Shown here: positions 1-6,249 of the stretch, piece by piece
How positions within the stretch are numbered: the first letter of the stretch is position 1
Layout of the letters: every line of letters begins with the position of its first letter
DNA from: Candidatus Bathyarchaeota archaeon
GTDB taxonomy: Archaea; Thermoproteota; Bathyarchaeia; TCS64
Assembly: GCA_043826455.1 (NCBI GenBank)
Contig: JBDRQD010000065.1
Location: forward strand, 1 to 12,532
Direction of reading: 5' to 3'
Length of the DNA stretch: 12,532 bases
Position numbers and translations under genes: made by a program
The notes under the pieces: model-generated
Told to the model about the DNA's origin: nothing
The model's input: only the letters and a program-made list of their open reading frames with translations
The model's database searches: none

Positions 1-237
1 CTCCTGTTCACCGCGTACACTTCCTTCAAGGGGTACACGGGACCTGAGAACGTGTCACCGGAGCAGTTACAGCTGGGTTACCGGGTGTCGATGCTTGAGG
101 TAGGACTCACCGTAGTCTTCGCTCTAGGGTTCGTGCTAATGGTCATGGACTCTGATTGGTGGTGGCTTGACACCGGGTTCTACGGCGCCCTGGTGGCTGG
201 GGCGGTGAACCTCTGGATATACAGACAGCTTCGATAA
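1..237 (+). CDS. 3' part of a hypothetical membrane protein (5'-truncated by the window edge)
   Basis: Frame 1 is open from base 1 (LLFTAYTSFKGYTGPENVSPEQLQLGYR...) to TAA at 235-237. It has hydrophobic segments VGLTVVFALGFVLMVM and GFYGALVAGAVNLWIY. Confidence 0.7.
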   Translation, partial: LLFTAYTSFKGYTGPENVSPEQLQLGYRVSMLEVGLTVVFALGFVLMVMDSDWWWLDTGFYGALVAGAVNLWIYRQLR

Positions 238-559
238 CCATGATATTTTCCATCCATTTCAGAATCACAATAATGAGAGAAGGATAAAATTACGCGTGCG
301 TCATGCCGCGGAACCTTGTGTCACTTTGCCCTACCCAATTCATGTAACTTTCAAAGGCGTGGCGTGTCCTTGTAGTGCGTGTACGTGGCCATCCTAGTGA
401 TCCACGCATCTATCCTAGAGTATTCTGGCCTAGTTCTAAGGGATTAAACCCATAAAATTGAGTCCTAGAAGCCCCACTGATTATTTTTGAAAACGTACCT
501 GGCGCTGATAATTGCATATTATGAACTGTGAGCGTTTTATGTTCAAAGGTATATTGGGT

Positions 560-853
560 TTATAATCTTCTAGATGTCGTAACTGCTTCACTTAGTTTGA
601 ATGATCTTAATTTATCCTCGTACCTTTGGCGAAGAGTTCTAATGTACTCTTCATGCACTATGATTTCCTTTAACTTCTCTTCAACCTGTGAAATGTCATC
701 CGCGGCCCCTTTTTTATCCAACATGTTATGGTATAGTCTCTCAAATTTTGTGCGCTCATCGTCGGTAATGTTGCCCCAGAATTTATTCCGAATGAGGTTA
801 GGATCAGGCATGTCTTGGGGTGTACTGATCATTGATCTGTGTTTGTCGTCCAT
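560..853 (-). CDS. hypothetical helical, charged protein (97 aa)
   Basis: ATG-TAA ORF with protein-like, coiled-coil-type composition (ISQVEEKLKEIIVHEEYIRTLRQRYEDKL). A TTTTAAA TATA-like box lies on the minus strand at 913-907. No family recognised. Confidence 0.55.
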   Translation of the reverse strand: MDDKHRSMISTPQDMPDPNLIRNKFWGNITDDERTKFERLYHNMLDKKGAADDISQVEEKLKEIIVHEEYIRTLRQRYEDKLRSFKLSEAVTTSRRL

Positions 854-902
854 CGAATAAGGTCTCAGGTAATATGGATATATTGTTAGTGGAAAGTGGA
901 TA

Positions 903-919
903 TCGATTTAAAATATCGA
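903..919 (-). promoter_or_regulatory. putative TATA box flanked by a short inverted repeat (TCGAT-N7-ATCGA) upstream of ORF 560-853
   Basis: Plus strand reads TCGAT TTAAAAT ATCGA; the minus strand contains TTTTAAA. Confidence 0.25.
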
Positions 920-1046
920 AGTAGCCTAGCGATTAGCCAGCCGACCCTGCATAGAGTGACCCTCAGATGTCTGCTGATTCTCTTAGATGTAGATCAGCAC
1001 CCAAACTATTCATTAACCACATACGGACTATCCATAGAGTCTGAGG

Positions 1047-1499
1047 ATGGAGCTAGAGCAGGAGCTTAAACGGCTGGGTGTATGGTACCGCTTCATAGAG
1101 AAGGAGGAGACCGTGCACACAGCGGACGCCTCCGAGGCAACAGGAATACCTCTCCACAGGATCACCAAGAACCTCATCTCCATTACAAGCGGGGGAGAAT
1201 ACGTGCTCCTGATTGTTCCCGGGGATAGGCGGGTGGACCTCAAGAAGGCGGCCACAGCCCTCGGGGCGAGCAACGTGCAGCTGTTCCCCTTCAGTAAGGC
1301 CCACACAGTGAGCGGTTATCCACCAGGGGGGACTCCATCCATCGGGCTGAGGGAACAGCTGAGAACTGTCCTGGACGCTGAGCTAGCTGTTATGGATACC
1401 TTTTTCTGTGGTGGCGGGACCCGCGACAGACTTCTTGAGCTCCGATCCAAGGACGTGATAAGTGTATCCGGGGCTCTAGTGGCTGAGATCACGGGGTAG
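1047..1499 (+). CDS. ybaK: YbaK/EbsC-family aminoacyl-tRNA deacylase (trans-editing protein)
   Basis: 150 aa with family motifs: TADASEATG, the catalytic-Lys segment ITKNL, LLIVPGDRRVDLKK, GYPPGGTPSIG and FCGGG. Confidence 0.9.
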   Translation: MELEQELKRLGVWYRFIEKEETVHTADASEATGIPLHRITKNLISITSGGEYVLLIVPGDRRVDLKKAATALGASNVQLFPFSKAHTVSGYPPGGTPSIGLREQLRTVLDAELAVMDTFFCGGGTRDRLLELRSKDVISVSGALVAEITG

Positions 1500-2366
1500 C
1501 CTGACGCCCTGAGGCACTTGCTTTCCGTTGAAGTAGACCTTACCCTTACCTAGGCTGAACCTACCCTCGGCTATCAACTGCACCGTTAAAGGGTATATGA
1601 CCCAGTCTCCACGCCTCTTGAGCCTGTCCTGGTGCTCCTCCACAACCCTGCCCCTTAGGGCCTTGTCCTCGGCCAACTCCATGGCGGCTACTCCTGCCGG
1701 TAGCTTCACTGGCACAGGCTCCGAGACCACCAGTATCTCTCCGTGGTCCACCTTCTCGCGGACCACGTGGGTTGTGGCTCTGAGCTCCTTCTCTCCTGCC
1801 ATGATGGCCTCCTCCACCACGTGGATGCCTACATACTTGCGCTCCAGACCCTCCATGATGGTGAGGTCCGCGGGGTGGACGTTGATGATGCGGCCCGAGT
1901 ATGCTTCCAAGATGGGCGGGGTCATGATGCTCATGTACCCTGCGTTGCAGATGAGATCCACATCGTGGGAAGCGATGAGCTCCATGACCATCCTGTCGAA
2001 CTCTGGGCGGACGCTCAGATCGCTTCTAGGGGCCCCTTTCTCCTTGTAAAAGTCCCTGATATCGATGCACTCGTAGGCGATGCCGTACTCCTCGGCTATA
2101 TCCTTGGTGCGGCACATCTTCTCCCCAGACTTGGTGGCGCGGTCGTCCCGGACATCGGAGAACAGGAGGGCCACCTCGAATCGTGAGTCCGTCTCCAAAC
2201 TCTTCGCAATGATCCTTCTGGCGTTGGTCCCTGAGCCTGAGGCGAAGCAGGCAACCCTCATGGCGCCTTTCGCGGGGTTGAAGATGGGTTCAGGGGTCAT
2301 CGCTGTGAAGCTCTCCCCCGAGCTAATAAGACTGTCTAGAAGCCTCACTTTCACCCTCCCCTCCAC
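1476..2366 (-). CDS. purN: phosphoribosylglycinamide formyltransferase (PurN-like, extended form)
   Basis: Phosphate loop RVACFASGSGTN, DLICNAGYMSIM, catalytic INVHP (Asn/His) and ATTHVVREKVDHGEI (Asp). GTG start is uncertain; the ATG of MTPEPIF is an alternative. Confidence 0.85.
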   Translation of the reverse strand: MEGRVKVRLLDSLISSGESFTAMTPEPIFNPAKGAMRVACFASGSGTNARRIIAKSLETDSRFEVALLFSDVRDDRATKSGEKMCRTKDIAEEYGIAYECIDIRDFYKEKGAPRSDLSVRPEFDRMVMELIASHDVDLICNAGYMSIMTPPILEAYSGRIINVHPADLTIMEGLERKYVGIHVVEEAIMAGEKELRATTHVVREKVDHGEILVVSEPVPVKLPAGVAAMELAEDKALRGRVVEEHQDRLKRRGDWVIYPLTVQLIAEGRFSLGKGKVYFNGKQVPQGVRLPRDLSH

Positions 2367-2386
2367 AGAAGGTTAATGCGCTTCCC

Positions 2387-2392
2387 TTAAAA
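2387..2392. promoter_or_regulatory. putative bidirectional TATA box (TTAAAA / TTTTAA)
   Basis: An AT box about 21-22 nt from both the purN GTG (2366, minus strand) and an in-frame GTG (2414, plus strand) of the divergent microprotein. Confidence 0.4.
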
Positions 2393-2422
2393 GTCCTAGA
2401 ACGCACCAGAATCGTGGTTGAT

Positions 2423-2593
2423 ATGACTCAAGAGCTGGTCTACGAGACGGTTGAACTTGTGAAAGACGCTCCAGAGAATACACCGGACGCCCTCACCGTT
2501 TGTAATGAGTGCAAGCACCTGGTCCCCAAGACCATGCTGTGCCTCTGGTGCGGCTCACCCATCCTCTTCAAGATGCCTAAGATGGCTAGTTGA
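2423..2593 (+). CDS. small zinc-ribbon protein (56 aa, CxxC-x9-CxxC), not in the ORF track
   Basis: Hand translation gives MTQELVYETVELVKDAPENTPDALTVCNECKHLVPKTMLCLWCGSPILFKMPKMAS*. An SD-like GGTTGA precedes the ATG, and there is an alternative in-frame GTG at 2414. Codon usage resembles the neighbours and the ORF fills the intergenic gap. Confidence 0.8.
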   Translation: MTQELVYETVELVKDAPENTPDALTVCNECKHLVPKTMLCLWCGSPILFKMPKMAS

Positions 2594-4049
2594 TCAGCCT
2601 CTCTATTATCCCGGGCAGCTGCCTTACAGCCGCCTCCGAGTACTCTAGAAGCTTAACCTTACTGAGATCGACCCTGCTCAGGATCTTGGCCGAGGCTTCA
2701 TCGTCCGTGATGACTATGAGGGGCGTGGTCACCCGCCACCTGCTGATCTCCCTCACGATTTGGTCCGGGTTCATGTCGCTGAGGCTCATGTCCAGTATCA
2801 CCGCGTCGTAGGGCTGCCTCAGCTCCCTCAGCCCCAGTCTGCCGCTTGGGGCGTGCTTCACCTCTATGCTCTGGAGCCTCGTCCTCTCCAGGCTCTTGAT
2901 GATCCTGTCCGCCCTGTACTGGTCCTGCTCTATGAGGAGTATGGTGGCGTCGCTTCGTTTCACTACCTCCTTCTCAATCTTGATGGGCTTCACGGGTTTG
3001 GGGGCGGGCTTAGGCTCCTCCTTTCTTGAGAGTATTCTACCCAGGAACCCACGCTTGTCAGTCGCCTTGGGTGGCTCAGGCTCCTCATCTGTGGACTCCT
3101 CCTGAGGCGTCTCTGTTAATTCTTCTTCCACAGGCTCATCGATGTCGATGAGTGTCTCTTGCTCCTCAACCGTTATGATCTCCTCGGGCTCCGGCTGCAG
3201 CGAGTCGAGTGTTTCAGATTCCTCCGGCTCCTCGATCTCGTCAACCTGCTCAGTCTCTTCGGCCCCGGATAACTCGGCCTCGAAATCCTCAACCTGTTCT
3301 GGTTCCTCAAGGGCAATCTGCTGCGCTGGCTCATCCAGGGCTTCCTCTTCAACCTGGCTCTGAGGCTGCCTCTGAGTGCGTTCCGGTGAAACCACGTGGG
3401 GCTCAACGAACCTGTACCCGCAGGGGTTCTCGTACCTGATGTCCTTGGAGGAGAACCGGGTCTTGCACTTGATGCAGTTGAAGCTTGTCAGAGCCTTGGG
3501 GCTGATGGATCTGCAGTCCTCGCACTCGTAGAGGGCGTCACTTACATTGAACTGCTCCCCGCCCTCACCGTTGTCTCCGCTTATCTTGGCCTGGGCGCCG
3601 CAGCTGGGGCAAACGTAGTGGATGCCCACGACGAACTCGTCGCTGTACCCCGAGTGGCCACATTCCACGTGTTTGACTAGCTCTTTCTTGCTCACCTTGA
3701 GGGAACCGCACCTGGGGCAGGCCAGGGTGAGCATGAATACTGGGCTACTGCACCCTGGGCAGAGGCCCACGGTGCCGTAGTTGATCTTCTCGAGGATGCC
3801 CTTATCGGTGAGGCTATCTAGGAGCATTATCATCTCCGTGGGCTCGTAGTAAGTCTGCATACAGGCTAATGCTTCGAACTCTATGCCCTGGGCGGTGAAC
3901 CTTGGCTGGATGTCCCTGATGCCCAGGTCTTTTAGCTGCTGTAGGAAGAAGTCCTCCTCAGGGTTTATGGGTGTCTGCTTTTTCTTGGCTGGGGCAGTGT
4001 TTTGATATTCGCCTTCGTTTAAGCCAAGAACAGCGGACAGTGACCTCAC
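2586..4049 (-). CDS. multi-Zn-ribbon (TackOD1-like) domain + Glu/Pro-rich linker + C-terminal atypical response-regulator receiver domain
   Basis: A wHTH-like segment (LLDSLTDKGILEK) is followed by CPGC, CPRC, HVEC, CPSC, CEDC, CIKC and a terminal GYRF, matching the thaumarchaeal output domain 1 pattern as recalled. Residues ~222-330 are acidic and low-complexity. The C-terminus is REC-like: TILLIEQD...SGRLGLREL...YDAVILDMSLSDMN...TPLIVIT. Confidence 0.8.
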   Translation of the reverse strand: MRSLSAVLGLNEGEYQNTAPAKKKQTPINPEEDFFLQQLKDLGIRDIQPRFTAQGIEFEALACMQTYYEPTEMIMLLDSLTDKGILEKINYGTVGLCPGCSSPVFMLTLACPRCGSLKVSKKELVKHVECGHSGYSDEFVVGIHYVCPSCGAQAKISGDNGEGGEQFNVSDALYECEDCRSISPKALTSFNCIKCKTRFSSKDIRYENPCGYRFVEPHVVSPERTQRQPQSQVEEEALDEPAQQIALEEPEQVEDFEAELSGAEETEQVDEIEEPEESETLDSLQPEPEEIITVEEQETLIDIDEPVEEELTETPQEESTDEEPEPPKATDKRGFLGRILSRKEEPKPAPKPVKPIKIEKEVVKRSDATILLIEQDQYRADRIIKSLERTRLQSIEVKHAPSGRLGLRELRQPYDAVILDMSLSDMNPDQIVREISRWRVTTPLIVITDDEASAKILSRVDLSKVKLLEYSEAAVRQLPGIIERLIN

Positions 4050-4088
4050 CTTAGTGTATATGCGTTAGCTCAAACTCCTAGTCGAGAA

Positions 4089-4094
4089 TTTAAA
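4089..4094. promoter_or_regulatory. putative TATA box (palindromic TTTAAA)
   Basis: About 40 nt upstream of the 4049 start on the minus strand. It could equally drive a plus-strand transcript through the 4137-4229 structure. Confidence 0.35.
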
Positions 4095-4136
4095 GAGGAT
4101 ACGGATTTCTGAGACAGAACTATATTCCATGTGTTG

Positions 4137-4229
4137 GTGAGCCCTCACCCCCTTCTCGTTGGCCTTTTGTATCCGGCGTGGGCTGCGTGATGCGGGTTTC
4201 GGGGTTTCCGGATGGGTCGGAGGGCTCAC
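4137..4229 (+). ncRNA. candidate structured RNA or inverted-repeat element of unknown class
   Basis: Perfect 10-bp outer stem GTGAGCCCTC (4137-4146)/GAGGGCTCAC (4220-4229), then ACCC (4147-4150)/GGGT (4214-4217), ATCCGG (4171-4176)/CCGGAT (4208-4213) and an inner G-U-rich hairpin CTGCG-TGA-TGCGG. Confidence 0.4.
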
Positions 4230-4262
4230 TTGATTATCTGGTTCACGCCTCATTCAAGGCAA

Positions 4263-4294
4263 GGTAATCTGTTATCTGATAACATGTTATTACC
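4263..4294. promoter_or_regulatory. nested palindromic operator-like site
   Basis: TGTTATC-T-GATAACA (4270-4284) overlaps ATAACATGTTAT (4279-4290), all bracketed by GGTAAT (4263-4268)/ATTACC (4289-4294). Confidence 0.55.
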
Positions 4295-4310
4295 CTCGTT
4301 TAGCTAAATG

Positions 4311-4357
4311 TGAAGATGGTTTATATTCAAGCCGCGTGGTGCTGATGGTTATAAACC
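4311..4357 (+). promoter_or_regulatory. fluoride-riboswitch-like (crcB-motif-like) leader element, or paired inverted TATA boxes
   Basis: TGAA-GATG-GTTTATA-TTCA-AGCCGC-GTGGT-GC-TGATG-GT-TATAAACC, ending 15 nt before the antiporter ATG. GGTTTATA (4318-4325) is complementary to TATAAACC (4350-4357). Register and 3' end are non-canonical. Confidence 0.3.
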
Positions 4358-4372
4358 CGGAAGGAAACAACA

Positions 4373-5295
4373 ATGCTTCAACTGGTCGCCCTGTCAACGT
4401 CATTAGGCTTACTGATGATATACTTCGGCGCCAAGAACACCATGACCGGGGCCGTCAACTTAGGTAACAACCTGCAACTCCAGAAAGCAGTAACGGGGTC
4501 CATACTGGTAGCCACAGTCACGGCTCTACCTGAGCTGTCCAGCAGCTTGATCACCGCTCTAAAGGGCGCACCGACCGTGGCCCTGGGTAACATCCTCGGC
4601 ACAAACATCTACAACCTACCCCTGCTGGTGGGATTAGTAGGGCTATTCGGCGACGTGGAGGCCGTCAATGGCGTCACCCGGCAATGCGCCTACTTGTTAG
4701 GAGTAAACGTCCTTCTCTCAGCTTTGGTCATCGCATTCGGGTCCATCCAACCCTGGATGGGGACCATTTTCATCGTTCTTTACTTCGGGTTCCTGGCTGA
4801 CTCGTTGAGAAAATCTGGGAGAAACAGCGAAGCAGGAATAATAGGACAGCTTCCCACCAACATTTTCCCCCTTGTAGCAGGAGCAGTGGTTCTCGTCCTC
4901 GGCAGCTACCTACTTGTAGACGGCGCCTATGGGTCATGAACTACTATGGGCTCGGGGGCTTCGTTGTGGGACTCCTCATGAGCTTCGGGCCCATAATCCC
5001 TGAGCTGGCTGTCTCCCTGTTCTCCTCAGCTGCGGGTGAGCACGAGGTCTCCTTTGGCAACGTCCTAGGAGACAACATAATAACCGTGACTCTGGTGCTC
5101 GGCGTCGTGGCTCTGACAGCCCCAGTCACAATCTCGGTCACTGAGCTTGCTGTCACCGTCCCGTTCACCATGCTCTTCACAATAATGGTCTACCTCATAT
5201 CCAAGCTGAAGATCAGGATAACCCGAAGGCTGAGCATCCTCATGCTACTGCTCACAGCGGCCACATTCCTGCTGCAAATCAGCATCCTCAGCTAA
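4373..5295 (+). pseudogene. CaCA-family sodium:calcium (cation) antiporter, split into ORFs 4373-4939 and 4936-5295 by an apparent 1-nt deletion (possibly a sequencing error)
   Basis: Alpha-1 repeat ATVTALPELSSS...GNILGTNIYN is in ORF1 and alpha-2 repeat SFGPIIPELAVS...GNVLGDNII is in ORF2. Adding one G to GGG 4931-4933 fuses them (LVDGAYGVMNYYGLGG) into a 307-aa protein. Confidence 0.85.
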
Positions 5296-5352
5296 CCCCT
5301 GATAACAGTTTTAGCCTCGCAAACTACCCTCCTATACTGGTGATTCAAGGTT

Positions 5353-6178
5353 ATGCGAGTTTTCATTTCTATCGACATGGAGGGCATCAGCGGCATAGTT
5401 GACTGGAGCGAGGTGGACCGCAACAGCAGCGAGTACAGCTTCGCCAGAAAACTCATGGCGGGAGACCTCAACGCCGCCATAAAGGGCGCCAAGGAATCGG
5501 GGGCAGACGAGATAGTGGTCTCCGACGCTCACGGAAGCATGAGAAACCTGCGGCCCGAGGACGTAGACCCCAGCGCCATCCTTGTTAGGGGCTCCCCCAA
5601 GCCCTGGAGCATGATGGAGGGGCATAGACGACAGCTTCGACGCGGCCCTATACGTGGGCTACCACAGCATGAGGAACACGCCCATGGGCATCATGTGCCA
5701 CACCATCAGCGGCTCAGCCGTGGACGCCATATGGATCAACGGCAGGGAGACAGGGGAGTTCGGCCTCAACTCGGCCCTCGCGGGAACCCACGGTGTACCA
5801 TCAGTGTTCCTCGCAGGAGACTACGCTGCCACCCAGGAGGCGGAGGCCTTCGTCCCGGGCATCACCACGGCCACCGTCAAGTGGGCGGTGGGAAGGTACA
5901 GCGCCAGGTGCCTCCACCCGGAGGAGAGCGGCAGACTCATCACGGCCAAGGTCCAGGAGGCCCTTAGCTCCGGCTACCCTGAGCCCAGGAGAGTCAAGGA
6001 GCCTGTGGATGCCAGGATCAGGTACGGCTCCGAGACTATGTGCGACGTGGTGAGCCTCATGCCCAGCTTCGAGAGGGTGGACGGCCGCACCATGAGGGGC
6101 AGCTTCAAGGACTACAGGACAGCTGTCAACGCTATCCGCGCCAGCATCTACCTGGCGGGGGCAGCCGAGAGAAGGTAG
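5353..6178 (+). pseudogene. dppA: M55-family D-aminopeptidase (DppA-like), frameshifted by an apparent 1-nt insertion (possibly a sequencing error)
   Basis: N-terminal MRVFISIDMEGISG and VVSDAHGSMRNL; C-terminal frame GYH...HT...GEFGLN...VFLAGD...VK. Removing one G from GGGG 5619-5622 restores SMMEGIDDSFDAALYVGYH and a 274-aa protein. SD GGTGA at 5339-5343. Confidence 0.9.
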
Positions 6179-6216
6179 AGAAAGCGCCTCACGCGAGGTA
6201 GGCACCTTTCAACACC

Positions 6217-6224
6217 TTTTTTAA
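6217..6224 (+). promoter_or_regulatory. putative TATA box for a leaderless tlpA-ccdA transcript
   Basis: TTTTTTAA ends 25 nt before the ATG at 6250. The T run could also terminate dppA transcription. Confidence 0.4.
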
Positions 6225-6249
6225 CCTTAACTCCGCCGATACCCAAGGA

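Noticed and set aside
528..860. 110-aa plus-strand ORF
   Set aside because: Antisense shadow of 560-853; Ser/Leu/Met-rich composition typical of reverse-complement frames.
972..999. Inverted repeat TGCTGAT...ATCAGCA upstream of ybaK
   Set aside because: Only a 7-bp stem with a 14-nt loop and no T-tract or recognisable motif; could be chance.
3075..3390. Possible tandem repeat or CRISPR-like array in the GGCTC/CCTC-rich tract
   Set aside because: No fixed-length repeat-spacer periodicity; the recurrence comes from Glu-Pro codons. No CRISPR array or cas gene was seen in the window.
1028..3680. Many alternative-frame ORFs overlapping ybaK, purN and the TackOD1-REC gene
   Set aside because: Shadow ORFs expected in GC-rich coding DNA; no motifs, and the main frames are well supported.
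4137..4229. Resemblance of the minus strand (CCGACCCATCCGGAAACCCCGAA...CGAGAAGGGGG) to 5S rRNA, or of the element to tRNA, SRP, RNase P or yybP-ykoY RNA
   Set aside because: Too short for 5S and lacks its helix II/III layout. No cloverleaf or TTCGA loop, no SRP or RNase P signature, and no GGGGAGTAGC of the Mn2+ riboswitch.
4065..4253. 62-aa minus-strand ORF
   Set aside because: Pro/Arg/Ser-rich with no motif. It runs across the stem structure and a TATA box, so it is better explained as non-coding.
5623..5967. His/Arg/Gly-rich C-terminus of the 204-aa ORF as a metal-binding tail
   Set aside because: It is out-of-frame translation after the dppA frameshift.
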